This document shows positions 38,780 through 49,689 of a DNA stretch of 64,000 bases, piece after piece. The DNA is from Poritiphilus flavus (GTDB lineage Bacteria > Bacteroidota > Bacteroidia > Flavobacteriales > Flavobacteriaceae), in the NCBI RefSeq assembly GCF_009901585.1, contig NZ_WXYO01000002.1:92769-156768 (forward strand), given 5' to 3'. Numbering within the stretch: the stretch's first letter is position 1; each line of letters begins with the position of its first letter. A model generated the notes under the pieces. That model saw only the letters and a list, made by a program, of their open reading frames with translations, was not told the origin of the DNA and ran no database searches. The translations under genes were made by a program, and so were the position numbers.

Positions 38780-40966
38780 ATGTCCATACCGAGATTCGAA
38801 GCCATTACGGAAAGCAACAGCAGGAAACCACTTACAACAGAGGAAAAAGGGAGGCGTTCCGAATATTTTGGAACCCATGTTTTCAACGAGGAACGCATGT
38901 TGCAGTACCTTACCAGGGATGCCTATAACAGCGTTAAAGACGCTATCTTTTCCGGTTCTAAAATAGACCGTAAGATCGCGGACCAGGTTGCAGAAGCAAT
39001 GAAGGTTTGGGCCATTTCCATGGGGGCAACCCATTATACCCACTGGTTTCAACCTTTAACAGGGGCAACAGCGGAAAAACACGATGCCTTCCTGGATCTG
39101 AAACAAGACGGGAGAGCGGTGGAGAAATTCGGCGGAAGTCAGTTGGTACAGCAGGAACCGGATGCTTCAAGTTTCCCGAGCGGAGGTATTCGCAACACCT
39201 TTGAAGCCAGGGGTTACACCGCCTGGGACCCCACCTCGCCAGCGTTCATTTACGGCAGTACCCTTTGTATTCCCACCATATTTGTTTCCTATACCGGGGA
39301 GGCCCTGGATAATAAGGCGCCCTTGCTTAGGGCCCTTCACGCCGTAGATGAAGCGGCTACCGGTGTGGCCAGGTATTTTGACAAGAATGTCACCAAGGTT
39401 AATGCGACCCTGGGTTGGGAGCAGGAGTACTTCCTTCTCGATAAAGCCCTGGCTGCTTCAAGACCGGATCTGGTGCTTGCAGGCAGGACCTTGGTAGGCC
39501 ATTACGCCGCCAAAGGGCAGCAATTAGACGATCATTACTTTGGGGTAATACCTGTCAGGGCCATCAATTTTATGCGAGACCTGGAGATGGAATGCAATAA
39601 ACTGGGCATTCCAGTCAAAACCAGGCATAATGAGGTAGCACCAAACCAGTTTGAGCTGGCCCCCGTATTCGAGGAAGCCAACCTTGCTGTAGACCATAAC
39701 CTGTTGCTTATGGATGTCATGGAAAAAGTGGCGGATAAGCACGATCTGAAAGTCTTATTTCACGAAAAGCCTTTCGCTGGTATCAATGGCTCCGGGAAGC
39801 ACAACAACTGGTCTTTGGCGACTGATACCGGGGTAAACCTCCTCAGCCCGGGGACCACACCGATGAAAAACCTGCAGTTCCTGACCTTTTTTGTCAATAC
39901 CATCAAAGCCGTAGACACTTACGAAGAGCTTTTACGGTCTTCCATAGCTTCTGCCAGCAATGACCATCGCCTGGGTGCTAACGAAGCCCCGCCAGCCATT
40001 ATTTCCATCTTTATCGGCAAGCAACTCAGTGATGTACTGGATGAACTGGAGGGTGTCTCTCAGGGAAAGCTGTCCCCGGAAGAAAAAACTGAACTCAAAC
40101 TCAACGTAGTAGGTAAGATCCCGGAAATACTATTGGACAATACAGATAGAAACCGGACCTCACCTTTCGCCTTTACCGGAAATAAGTTTGAGATCCGCGG
40201 TGTAGGGGCCAAGACCAATTGTGCCAAACCTATGACCATCCTCAATGCCATCGTGGCCTGGCAACTTAACGCCTTCAAGAAGGAGGTAGACAGTCTTATC
40301 GACAAAAAGAAACTAAAAAAAGACGAGGCCATATTCAATGTTTTGAGGGAGTACATCAAGTCTTCCAAGCGCATTCGTTTTGATGGTGATGGTTACAGCC
40401 AGGAATGGGAGCTGGAGGCGAAAAGGCGCAAACTCAGCAACAATAAGAACACACCGGAGGCCCTGCAGGTTATGACTTCCAGCGAAGCTTTGGCGCTTTT
40501 TAAGTCAATGGAAGTGATGAGCGAAATTGAAGTCCGGGCCAGACAGGAAGTGGAACAGGAAACCTATATACTACAAACTCAAATAGAGGGTAGGGTCTTT
40601 AACGAGTTGGTTTATAATTATATTATTCCGGCTTCACTGAGTTATCAGAATGAACTCATTACAAATGTATTAGGGTTGAAGGAAATCTATGGGGCTGCCC
40701 ATAAAAAGCTGTCGGACGGTCAGCATGCCATAATTGAGCAGATCGCGGAGCATGTGGCCACTATTAAAAAGAAAACAGACCAAATGACCGAGGCAAGAAA
40801 AAGGGCCAATAAGCTAAAGGATATACCAAAAAAGGCCCAGGCATACTGTAATAGCGTAAGGCCTTATTTTGATGAGATCCGTTATCACAGTGATAAACTG
40901 GAGCAGTTGGTTGCCAATAGTTCATGGCCTTTGGCAAAGTACCGGGAATTGCTGTTTATCAAATAG
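38780..40966 (+). CDS. glnN: Glutamine synthetase, type III (GlnN, ~729 aa)
   Basis: Size. 'NGSGKHNNWSL' GS ATP-binding signature. Confidence 0.85.
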   Translation: MSIPRFEAITESNSRKPLTTEEKGRRSEYFGTHVFNEERMLQYLTRDAYNSVKDAIFSGSKIDRKIADQVAEAMKVWAISMGATHYTHWFQPLTGATAEKHDAFLDLKQDGRAVEKFGGSQLVQQEPDASSFPSGGIRNTFEARGYTAWDPTSPAFIYGSTLCIPTIFVSYTGEALDNKAPLLRALHAVDEAATGVARYFDKNVTKVNATLGWEQEYFLLDKALAASRPDLVLAGRTLVGHYAAKGQQLDDHYFGVIPVRAINFMRDLEMECNKLGIPVKTRHNEVAPNQFELAPVFEEANLAVDHNLLLMDVMEKVADKHDLKVLFHEKPFAGINGSGKHNNWSLATDTGVNLLSPGTTPMKNLQFLTFFVNTIKAVDTYEELLRSSIASASNDHRLGANEAPPAIISIFIGKQLSDVLDELEGVSQGKLSPEEKTELKLNVVGKIPEILLDNTDRNRTSPFAFTGNKFEIRGVGAKTNCAKPMTILNAIVAWQLNAFKKEVDSLIDKKKLKKDEAIFNVLREYIKSSKRIRFDGDGYSQEWELEAKRRKLSNNKNTPEALQVMTSSEALALFKSMEVMSEIEVRARQEVEQETYILQTQIEGRVFNELVYNYIIPASLSYQNELITNVLGLKEIYGAAHKKLSDGQHAIIEQIAEHVATIKKKTDQMTEARKRANKLKDIPKKAQAYCNSVRPYFDEIRYHSDKLEQLVANSSWPLAKYRELLFIK

Positions 40967-40994
40967 AGCGGTTAGCAAAGCCTCATGAAAGTAT

Positions 40995-41024
40995 AAAGCG
41001 TACATTATGTGCGCTTTTTTTTAT
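40995..41024 (+). terminator. Rho-independent terminator after glnN
   Basis: aagcgtac-atta-tgtgcgct followed by TTTTTTTT. Confidence 0.65.
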
Positions 41025-41053
41025 TATTCGGCTATTTTTGTCACAAATTTAGA

Positions 41054-42235
41054 ATTATGGGTTCGTCTGCTGATGAAAGGTATTCGCAAAGAGGTGTCTC
41101 CGCATCCAAGGAGGATGTTCACAATGCCATAAAAAACATTGATAAAGGGTTGTTTCCCAAGGCCTTTTGCAAAATTGTCCCGGATTATCTTACCGGAGAC
41201 CAAGACTACTGCCTTGTGATGCATGCGGATGGAGCCGGAACCAAGTCTTCCCTGGCCTATATGTACTGGAAAGAAACCGGAGACCTCTCGGTCTGGAAAG
41301 GGATTGCCCAGGATGCGCTGGTGATGAATATAGACGATCTTATCTGTGTCGGGGCGGTAGAGGATATCATGTTGTCTTCAACCATCGGTAGAAATAAAAA
41401 TCGCATTCCCGGAGAAGTGATCGCTGCCCTGATCAACGGAACAGAGGAACTGATTGATGAGCTGCGGCAATACGGGGTAAACATCCATTCTACCGGTGGA
41501 GAAACCGCAGATGTAGGGGATCTTGTGCGAACTATTATCGTGGATTCCACGGTAACCGCAAGAATGAAAAGAAATAAGGTCATTGACAACGCGAATATCC
41601 GGGCAGGTGATGTCATTGTGGGGCTTGCTTCATACGGACAGGCCTCCTATGAAAAGGAATATAACGGTGGTATGGGCAGTAATGGACTTACATCGGCCCG
41701 TCACGACGTCTTTTCGGGATATCTGGCCGATAAGTACCCGGAAAGTTTCGATCCTGAGGTACCTGAAGAGCTCGTTTATTCAGGCAATACAAAGTTAACG
41801 GACCCGGTAGCGGGAAGTCCCCTGGATGCAGGTAAGTTGGTACTTTCTCCAACGAGGACTTACGCGCCTATCATCAAAAAGATACTCGAGGACCACGATT
41901 CCGAAAATATCCATGGGATGGTACATTGCAGTGGAGGAGCGCAGACCAAAATCCTCCATTTTGTCGAAGACCTGCATATTGTTAAGGACAACCTATTCGA
42001 TCTCCCACCGCTTTTCAGGCTTATACAAGAGCAATCTGGTACGGATTGGCGCGAAATGTACCAGGTTTTCAACTGTGGGCACCGCATGGAACTTTATGTA
42101 GATGAGCGAATGGCGGACGAGATAATGCGCATATCTCAGGATTTTGGCGTCGATGCCCGCATTATAGGGCGTGTGGAGGAAAGTTCCGCCAAAAAACTCA
42201 CAATAAGCAGCCAATATGGCACCTTTGTATATTAA
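41054..42235 (+). CDS. purM: Phosphoribosylformylglycinamidine cyclo-ligase (AIR synthetase). Start taken at 'MGSSADERY'
   Basis: AIRS N- and C-domains 'YSQRGVSASKEDVH…DGAGTK…'. Confidence 0.65.
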   Translation: MMGSSADERYSQRGVSASKEDVHNAIKNIDKGLFPKAFCKIVPDYLTGDQDYCLVMHADGAGTKSSLAYMYWKETGDLSVWKGIAQDALVMNIDDLICVGAVEDIMLSSTIGRNKNRIPGEVIAALINGTEELIDELRQYGVNIHSTGGETADVGDLVRTIIVDSTVTARMKRNKVIDNANIRAGDVIVGLASYGQASYEKEYNGGMGSNGLTSARHDVFSGYLADKYPESFDPEVPEELVYSGNTKLTDPVAGSPLDAGKLVLSPTRTYAPIIKKILEDHDSENIHGMVHCSGGAQTKILHFVEDLHIVKDNLFDLPPLFRLIQEQSGTDWREMYQVFNCGHRMELYVDERMADEIMRISQDFGVDARIIGRVEESSAKKLTISSQYGTFVY

Positions 42236-42390
42236 GGTATACGAATCCGTCGTTTAAGGCGTTTTGAATATAATAAAACCCCCGGCTTTCCTATAAGGGA
42301 ATGGCTTACTGGTTTTATCCCCAATTCCGGTATATTTCGCGGAGTTCGAAAGGGTTTTGCGAAGAAACCATTGATCTTAAAATTTGTGTT

Positions 42391-42822
42391 ATGGAAAGAA
42401 AAGAGTTTTTGAGAAGCCTGGGAGCAGGTGCGGCCTTTGCACTTACCTTCCCATGTATTCACGGTTGTTCCAGCGATGGCGAAGACCTGGACATGAAACC
42501 GGTACCCACAGGAGTGGATTTCACCATAGATCTTGACTCCGCCGAGGGTGAGGGTCTCCAAAATAACGGTGATTTCATACTTAAGAATGATGTGGTAGTG
42601 GTTAAGAACCTTGAAGGTAATTTTGTTGCTGCCAGTCAGATTTGCAGTCATCAACAAACAGACCAGGTGCGTTTCCTGGAAGAAGACGGTGGAATTTTTC
42701 GCTGCTTTACCCATGGTTCAGAGTTCGATCAGAACGGCACCCCATTGAACAATATCACAAGCAATCCGCTTAAAATCTTCAATACGGAATTAAACGGTTC
42801 CATACTACGGGTTTTTGAATAG
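42391..42822 (+). CDS. Rieske [2Fe-2S]-domain protein with a Tat-like signal. Start taken at 'MERKEFLRSLG'
   Basis: 'CSHQ' … 'CFTHGS' = CxH…CxxH. Confidence 0.7.
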   Translation: MERKEFLRSLGAGAAFALTFPCIHGCSSDGEDLDMKPVPTGVDFTIDLDSAEGEGLQNNGDFILKNDVVVVKNLEGNFVAASQICSHQQTDQVRFLEEDGGIFRCFTHGSEFDQNGTPLNNITSNPLKIFNTELNGSILRVFE

Positions 42823-42942
42823 GCCTGTGAAAAGCAAAATCAAACCAAACAACAAACCCCGGCCGGTCCAATCTCTGTGCAGAACAGACTGGTTAACCTT
42901 TAAACCACAAAAACGACCTAAGGAGCATTTAAATAGCAACAC

Positions 42943-43935
42943 GTGAGAATCTGGGCAGCCCTATTTTTTAGCCTCTTTGTTTTGGCCGCCCTACGGTCTC
43001 AGGAGAGTATTGACGTAACCGTAAAACGCTCTCTGCGTTTAATGGGCAGTACTTTTGAGATCACAGTAGTTGCTGCCAACGAGGAAATAGGCTATATCAA
43101 TATAGAAGAAGCTATTGCCGAGGTTGAGCGTATTGAAGCCCTGATATCTTCATGGAAGGAGGATTCCGAGACTTCCAGGATCAACCGCAATGCCGGAATA
43201 AGGCCTGTAAAGGTTAGTCTGGAATTGTATAAATTGATAGAGCGTGCCGTACAGATCTCTGAGATCACTGACGGTGCTTTTGATATAACCTATGCCGCCC
43301 TGGATGAGATCTGGAAGTTTGACGGCTCCATGCAATATCCGCCAACTGCCGGTGAGATCGGTGAAGTCCTGGATAAAGTGGATTATAATAAAGTTGTACT
43401 AAACAGTACCGAGCGCACCGTTTTTCTCAAGGAGAAAGGTATGAAGATAGGGTTTGGAGCGATCGGAAAAGGATATGCTTCCGATAAGGTAAAGGAATTA
43501 ATGGTTTCCAAACAGGTGAAAGCTGGTATGATAAACGCTGGAGGAGATATCACCGCCTGGGGAACAAAAGCCACGGGAGAACGCTGGCTCATCGGGATTG
43601 TCAATCCGCAAAGCCGTACCAAGATATTTTCCTGGCTTCCGTTGGTGGAATCTTCCGTAGCCATAACGGGAAGCGAAAATGCATTTGTAAGCTTTAACGG
43701 CAAAAAATACACACATATCATTGACCCCAAGAACGGCTATCCCTCCATAGGGATCAGCAAAGTGACAGTTTTAGGAAAGAGTGCCGAACTGTGCGACGCC
43801 TTGGCCACAGCGGTTTTTGTAATGGGTAAGGAAAGAGGGCTTGCACTTATCAACCAACTTGGTGGTACAGAGGCTATCATTGTGGATAACCTGGATATCG
43901 TACATCAAAGCCAGGGTATTATGCTGGATAAGTAA
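42943..43935 (+). CDS. apbE: FAD:protein FMN transferase (ApbE family)
   Basis: 'GFGAIGKGYASDKV', 'ITGSENAFVSFNGKKYTHIIDPKNG'. Confidence 0.8.
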   Translation: MRIWAALFFSLFVLAALRSQESIDVTVKRSLRLMGSTFEITVVAANEEIGYINIEEAIAEVERIEALISSWKEDSETSRINRNAGIRPVKVSLELYKLIERAVQISEITDGAFDITYAALDEIWKFDGSMQYPPTAGEIGEVLDKVDYNKVVLNSTERTVFLKEKGMKIGFGAIGKGYASDKVKELMVSKQVKAGMINAGGDITAWGTKATGERWLIGIVNPQSRTKIFSWLPLVESSVAITGSENAFVSFNGKKYTHIIDPKNGYPSIGISKVTVLGKSAELCDALATAVFVMGKERGLALINQLGGTEAIIVDNLDIVHQSQGIMLDK

Positions 43936-44036
43936 GTCCCTTGGTTGGGTCTAGCATCCAGGTTCAATCTGAGTGATTTCCAGGATTCTCGGCCACCAAA
44001 AAAGTTGTAAATTCGCAGTTTAAGGGCAGACAGATT

Positions 44037-45113
44037 ATGATAGACAAATTAAATGTGGTAAAACAGCGTTTTGATGAGGTTTCGGACCTTATCATACAAC
44101 CTGATATTATCGCTGACCAAAAGAAGTATATACAGCTGAACAGGGAATACAAGGACCTTAAGATTCTTATGGATAAGCGAGATTCCTATGTTGAGCTCAT
44201 GAATAATATCTCAGAAGCCGAAGAGATCATTTCGGATGGTAGCGATACCGAAATGCTGGAAATGGCCCGAATGCAGTTGGATGAGGCCAAAGAGGCCTTA
44301 CCCGCGCTGGAGGAAGAGATCAAATTGCTCCTGATCCCCAAAGATCCGGAAGACGCCAAGAACGTTGTTATGGAGATCCGGGCTGGTACAGGTGGAGATG
44401 AAGCCAGTATTTTTGCGGGTGACCTGTATAGAATGTATGCCAAATACTGTGAGTCTAAGGGATGGAGGACTAACGTGATCGACCTGAGTGAAGGAACCAG
44501 CGGAGGATATAAGGAGATCCACTTCGAAGTAACAGGAGAGGATGTGTATGGCACGCTGAAATTCGAAGCAGGAGTACATAGGGTACAAAGGGTACCACAA
44601 ACCGAGACCCAGGGAAGAGTGCATACCAGTGCCGCAACGGTAATGGTGTTGCCAGAGGCAGAGGAATTTGACGTGCAGATAGACCCAAAGGATGTACGTA
44701 TTGACTTTTTCTGCTCTTCAGGGCCGGGAGGTCAATCTGTGAACACCACCTATTCCGCGGTGAGGCTGACCCATATCCCTACAGGAATTGTGGCCCAGTG
44801 TCAGGATGAGAAATCCCAGCACAAGAACAAGGATAAAGCGTTTAAGGTTTTGAGATCCCGGCTTTACGATATGGAACTTGCCAAAAAGCAGGAAGAAGAT
44901 GCGGCGAAAAGGAACTCTCAGGTAAGTAGTGGCGACCGATCAGCAAAGATCAGAACCTACAACTATCCACAAGGCAGGGTTACAGATCATCGAATAGGCC
45001 TTACGCTGTATGATCTGCAAAACATAATCAACGGGGATATTCAGAAGATCATTGACGAGTTAATGCTGGTAGAGAACACTGAGAAGCTTAAAGAAGCTTC
45101 AGAAATATTCTGA
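44037..45113 (+). CDS. prfA: Peptide chain release factor 1
   Basis: Near-colinear with E. coli RF1. 'GGQSVNTT' GGQ motif and '[17 protein letters not shown]' recognition loop. Confidence 0.93.
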   Translation: MIDKLNVVKQRFDEVSDLIIQPDIIADQKKYIQLNREYKDLKILMDKRDSYVELMNNISEAEEIISDGSDTEMLEMARMQLDEAKEALPALEEEIKLLLIPKDPEDAKNVVMEIRAGTGGDEASIFAGDLYRMYAKYCESKGWRTNVIDLSEGTSGGYKEIHFEVTGEDVYGTLKFEAGVHRVQRVPQTETQGRVHTSAATVMVLPEAEEFDVQIDPKDVRIDFFCSSGPGGQSVNTTYSAVRLTHIPTGIVAQCQDEKSQHKNKDKAFKVLRSRLYDMELAKKQEEDAAKRNSQVSSGDRSAKIRTYNYPQGRVTDHRIGLTLYDLQNIINGDIQKIIDELMLVENTEKLKEASEIF

Positions 45114-45210
45114 TATAGCGTTAAAAGAACGCCCTAAATAAACTCGTAAACATCTGAAAGATCCGACAAAATAAACATATCCTCAAATACTGAAAATTTG
45201 AGCGTTCTAT

Positions 45211-46020
45211 ATGACCACCGAAGAACTCGTTAACCAAATTCAACTTAAAAAGTCTTTCCTCTGCATCGGACTGGATACCGATTTAGATAAAATACCTCCT
45301 CATTTGTTGGAGGGTGAAGATCCGATATTCGAATTCAACAAAGCTATTATAGATGCGACACAGCATCTATGCGTGGCGTATAAGCTAAATATTGCCTTCT
45401 ATGAAGCTTATGGATTAAAGGGTTGGCAAGCTCTGGAAAAGACTATGCAATACCTGAATAGCAACTTCCCGGAAATCTTTACGATCGCGGACGCCAAAAG
45501 GGGGGATATTGGCAATACCTCTACACGTTATGCCAGGGCTTTCTTTGAGGAATTGGATTTTGACTCCATTACCGTGGCCCCGTATATGGGCAGGGATTCT
45601 ATAGAACCATTTCTGGCCTTTGAATCCAGGCATACTATTCTGCTGGCGCTGACCTCAAACCCGGGTGCTTTCGATTTCCAAACCAAACAGGCAGAAGGCC
45701 GGGAATTATACAAAAGTGTACTGGAGATTTCTCAGACCTATAAGAATGCACACAATCTGATGTACGTTGTTGGGGCAACTAAGGCCGAATACTTAAAGGA
45801 AATTAGGGAACTGGTGCCCGATAGCTTTTTGCTGGTACCAGGAGTAGGTGCTCAGGGGGGAAGTCTGGACGAAGTATGCCGTTACGGGCTAAACAAAAAT
45901 ATAGGTTTATTGGTAAACTCTTCCAGAGGCATAATATATGCCTCTAATGGGGTGGATTTCGCCTCGGCAGCTGCCGAAAAGGCCGCAGAACTGCAAGGCC
46001 AGATGGCACTACAGTTTTAA
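45211..46020 (+). CDS. pyrF: Orotidine-5'-phosphate decarboxylase (long type-2 form)
   Basis: 'FLCIGLDTD', '[12 protein letters not shown]'. Confidence 0.85.
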   Translation: MTTEELVNQIQLKKSFLCIGLDTDLDKIPPHLLEGEDPIFEFNKAIIDATQHLCVAYKLNIAFYEAYGLKGWQALEKTMQYLNSNFPEIFTIADAKRGDIGNTSTRYARAFFEELDFDSITVAPYMGRDSIEPFLAFESRHTILLALTSNPGAFDFQTKQAEGRELYKSVLEISQTYKNAHNLMYVVGATKAEYLKEIRELVPDSFLLVPGVGAQGGSLDEVCRYGLNKNIGLLVNSSRGIIYASNGVDFASAAAEKAAELQGQMALQF

Positions 46021-46051
46021 TGTTTGAATTAATATTTGAGGGGAGAGTATA

Positions 46052-46252
46052 CTATACCAGGTTTTCCAATACTTTCTGGATCTTCTTAGCTTTTTGCTCG
46101 AAGAATTCTTTCAACTTGGTATCGGCGTAAGTGATGTCCGCAGCTTTCTGCATGAAGATCTGATATTGGTACTCCAATACGGTTACCGCATGACTTCCAC
46201 TGGTGATTGGGGTTATTGCTCCAACTCTGCAATACTGATTTTCCATAGTCAT
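46052..46252 (-). CDS. Small hypothetical protein (66 aa from 'MTMENQ'). Doubtful
   Basis: ORF only. Confidence 0.25.
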   Translation of the reverse strand: MTMENQYCRVGAITPITSGSHAVTVLEYQYQIFMQKAADITYADTKLKEFFEQKAKKIQKVLENLV

Positions 46253-46482
46253 TTTCTTTGTTCTTACAAATATACGGCCTAAAGCAGCTTTTGGATGTCT
46301 GTCAGGATGGGCATACAACTAAAAATCAGGCGATTTATCTATTTTTTAACGAAATCCTTCCTTAGAGAGCCCGTTTGTTGCATATTCTTAACAGATTCCG
46401 GCTATTCTTTGAGCCATTATTTCAGTTTGATCTTCCTGCCCCCAATTGATTTTCGTACTTTAGGATAAGACTAAATTTTGAT

Positions 46483-46992
46483 ATGATGAGAACACTCTTT
46501 ACCAGCATTTTTCTGCTTGCCAGCGTTAATTTGATGCTTGCTCAGCAGGAGAATTGCGGATGTTGTACCGAAGATCATACGGCATTTGATTTCTGGGTTG
46601 GCAGTTGGACCGTCACGAATGCGGATGGTACAGCCGCCGGGCAAAACACTATAGAAAAAATTGAGAATGGCTGTGTATTAAAAGAAAGCTGGAAAAGTGC
46701 CAAAGGCCAGTTCACCGGAAGCAGCATGAACTTCTTCAATAAACAGTCCGGTTCCTGGGAGCAACTCTGGATTGATAACCAAGGCTCACATCTTAAGCTC
46801 AAAGGAAACCGGAAGGGCAATCAAATGATCCTTAGCTCTGATGAATTTACCCATACCGATGGAAAAACCTATGTAAACCGCATTACCTGGACCATGAACG
46901 AAGACGGAACGGTCCGTCAGCTTTGGGAGGTATTGCATCAGGGAGAAGTGGCCAATGTGGCCTTTGACGGCCTTTATAAAAGAGCCAAATAG
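46483..46992 (+). CDS. Hypothetical secreted protein
   Basis: Signal peptide. No domain recognised. Confidence 0.4.
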   Translation: MMRTLFTSIFLLASVNLMLAQQENCGCCTEDHTAFDFWVGSWTVTNADGTAAGQNTIEKIENGCVLKESWKSAKGQFTGSSMNFFNKQSGSWEQLWIDNQGSHLKLKGNRKGNQMILSSDEFTHTDGKTYVNRITWTMNEDGTVRQLWEVLHQGEVANVAFDGLYKRAK

Positions 46993-47009
46993 ATTATTAC
47001 AGACTTCAA

Positions 47010-47045
47010 GAAAAAACCATGATGGGACCCCATCATGGTTCTTTA
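47010..47045. terminator. Bidirectional intrinsic terminator
   Basis: aaccatgatggg-acc-ccatcatggtt with A/T-tracts on both sides. Confidence 0.7.
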
Positions 47046-47107
47046 AAAATTCAGGACTAACTAAACAAGGCCTGCTCTCAAATGGAGAACAGGCCTGATG
47101 CAATGCA

Positions 47108-47914
47108 TTAGTTTATACAGGGAGCCGGATTAGGCCCAAATGGACCCCTGACATCCCCGTCCGGTGTTTGTACCGTATACACATGTTCCTCTTCAAAGGC
47201 ACCGCTGGTATAGGCAATAACCAAACTGGTTGTGCCCTCTGGGACTTCGATGATGTGCGTGGCTGCGTCACCTTGCCCGGCGGTTATGGTATAATCAGTA
47301 CCCACCCCGTCTATTTCGAAGGTCAGGAAGGCTCCATCCCAACCATCTCCATATAGATCTTCCATTTCTACGATCCAGGTACCCGGGACGGTCGCGTCGG
47401 AGATCGGAGAGCATTTTATAAGTACAATGAAATTAAATGCCTGTCGTTGTTCCGGTTGCCCGGTAATACTTGCGGTAAAATTGTCAAAGGTGAATACAGA
47501 ACCGTCCGTACCCGTTGCTGTTCCCAGGAATCGAATAAAGTCTCCACCTAAAATATCATCCGTAGAGATCCCCAGTGCGGCAGCAACGTCTGTATAGGGT
47601 ATAGAGATCTCACTTGGAAAACTGGTTATAGTGGTAAGCGAGACCGTATCACTTGCCACTCCACCGGATTCACGGCTAACACTTAGTTCCCAGGAAGCTA
47701 CGTTGTTGTTCAGCGCACTTACGGTGGCATTCAGGGAGCTGCTCGCAATATCTCCCTGAGCCACTATAGGCTCTTCAACAATGATCCGTACATACGGTGC
47801 TTTCGTCTCATCACCCCCTAACAGATTCAGTGGTTTTTTGTCTTCGTCATCGCAGCTCATAAAGGCAATGGCCCCGATAAGCAGTACGATAATGGATTTT
47901 ATTGTGATTTTCAT
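47108..47914 (-). CDS. SusC/SusD-locus-associated surface lipoprotein (SGBP-like). Start taken at 'MKITIKS'
   Basis: Lipobox 'FMSCDD'. Position immediately downstream of the SusD-like gene. Confidence 0.5.
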   Translation of the reverse strand: MKITIKSIIVLLIGAIAFMSCDDEDKKPLNLLGGDETKAPYVRIIVEEPIVAQGDIASSSLNATVSALNNNVASWELSVSRESGGVASDTVSLTTITSFPSEISIPYTDVAAALGISTDDILGGDFIRFLGTATGTDGSVFTFDNFTASITGQPEQRQAFNFIVLIKCSPISDATVPGTWIVEMEDLYGDGWDGAFLTFEIDGVGTDYTITAGQGDAATHIIEVPEGTTSLVIAYTSGAFEEEHVYTVQTPDGDVRGPFGPNPAPCIN

Positions 47915-47940
47915 TTTTCTTAAATTTTTATATGGTTGAA

Positions 47941-49665
47941 TCAATCTACAAAACCTTCCGGATTGGTATCCCAGAATACCGGTGTAACCGGACCTGGTTT
48001 TTGGGTGATGTTCGTATTGTTGTCCGAAGCCACCTGGGGATACCAGTGTGAGCGTATAAAGGTACCCGGATCTGACAAGAAAAATGCAGGTGTCAGATTA
48101 TCTGGTTGACCGGTTCTTCTATAAGTATTGTAGGCCTCGATTCCGTTGCCCCATAAGGCGATCATGTATTGTTCTACAATAATACGCAGTTTGTCGGTAT
48201 CTGAACCTGCGTCATAAGCGCTGAGTATATCGTCTACATGATCGTCTATATCCGTCTGTGTAGGGATTAAGCTACTGCCAGCGGCCAGAGTTGCCCCAAA
48301 AGCCATTACTGTACCGATAGATTCCCTTACCCCGTTTTCCAGGTAGGTTCTGGCATTTCCTGTTGTCCCTAAGGTCAAAGCGGCTTCAGCAAGCATGAAA
48401 TTGGTATAGGAAGACATCAAAATTGGTGAGATCCCTGCTCCGATCAGGCCTTCGTTAACTGCGGAGGAACCTGATACATTCCTAAAAGAATCGTCATCAA
48501 AAGGACCACCTACCGGATATACCCCAAATTGGGTCCTGAAGGCATCGTCTGGAGGGATACCGTCATTGTCCAGGAAGTTCCTGCCCCAAAGACCGTCAAA
48601 GCCATTGATATTTGGTACCAGGCAATAGGGCTCATCAGCGGCCCACCATGAAGGTCTTGAAATTTCGGTAACACATTCTTTGGTCACCACATCCGCACCG
48701 GAGTAGTCCCCTACCTGACGGTAGAAATAATAGCGGGTACGCGGATCGGCATCGCCGTATTGGTTAACCAGCAAATTCATATAATAGTTGCACATATAGA
48801 AATCCGCATCCGGCCCGGCACCGTCAAAATTCTGTGCAAAATACGGGTGTCTGCTGTCTGGTGCCGCGAGGCTGGTAGCCCACTGAAACTTCAGATCATC
48901 GCCTGAATCCAGGATGAGCTGGTTGCCGGCGATCAACTCGTTGATCACTGTTGTGGATTTAGCAGCACCGAATCCTTCTTCATTAGCAAGCCGGGATTGC
49001 AAATACAGCTTTAATCTCAGTGTATTGGCTGCTTTTACCCATTTACTTTTATCTCCGCCGTAATACAGATCATTTGTGGGCAGGGCGAATTCCTGTCTGC
49101 CCAGGTTGGAGATAGCGTCGAGCAATAGAAGATCCAAAGCAGCATATATGGAAGCGCCGGAATCTACTACCGGATTCAGTATGCCTTCTCCACCGCTTAC
49201 CGCTTCTGTATAAGGTACGTCCCCAAAAAAGTCGACCATGGTCATCATTACATAGGCCTCCAGGATCTGGCCAATGGCGATATGGGTATAGAATTCGCCT
49301 TCCAGCGCAAGCGGATTCATGGTGCGGATGTCTATAAGGGCGCGGGCATAAACATTGTCCCACAACCTGTCATAGTCTACCGGGTCATTAATCTCCCTGT
49401 AGGTAGGGCCGTTAGCCCCGTTAAGCATCCGTACGGGTTCCATACCAAACTGGCTCAGACCGTATTCTTCCTGATCTTCTTCTCCGGAATGAATTTCAGC
49501 CACCTGAATTTGTATCTGGTTCAGGAAGAAATCAACGCTTGCCTGTTCAGGGCTTAATTCATTCGGACTGGGTACTACCCCCAAATCTGTGGTATCGCAG
49601 CCCAGCAAGCAGAAGGTAGCCGTGGTGATAAGCGCAATACTTAATTTATTATATATTTTTTTCAT
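47941..49665 (-). CDS. SusD/RagB-family nutrient-binding outer-membrane lipoprotein
   Basis: Lipobox 'LLGCD'. SusD-like TPR region. Immediately follows the SusC-like gene. Confidence 0.85.
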   Translation of the reverse strand: MKKIYNKLSIALITTATFCLLGCDTTDLGVVPSPNELSPEQASVDFFLNQIQIQVAEIHSGEEDQEEYGLSQFGMEPVRMLNGANGPTYREINDPVDYDRLWDNVYARALIDIRTMNPLALEGEFYTHIAIGQILEAYVMMTMVDFFGDVPYTEAVSGGEGILNPVVDSGASIYAALDLLLLDAISNLGRQEFALPTNDLYYGGDKSKWVKAANTLRLKLYLQSRLANEEGFGAAKSTTVINELIAGNQLILDSGDDLKFQWATSLAAPDSRHPYFAQNFDGAGPDADFYMCNYYMNLLVNQYGDADPRTRYYFYRQVGDYSGADVVTKECVTEISRPSWWAADEPYCLVPNINGFDGLWGRNFLDNDGIPPDDAFRTQFGVYPVGGPFDDDSFRNVSGSSAVNEGLIGAGISPILMSSYTNFMLAEAALTLGTTGNARTYLENGVRESIGTVMAFGATLAAGSSLIPTQTDIDDHVDDILSAYDAGSDTDKLRIIVEQYMIALWGNGIEAYNTYRRTGQPDNLTPAFFLSDPGTFIRSHWYPQVASDNNTNITQKPGPVTPVFWDTNPEGFVD

Positions 49666-49689
49666 AATACTTTTATTTTTTCCTGACAA

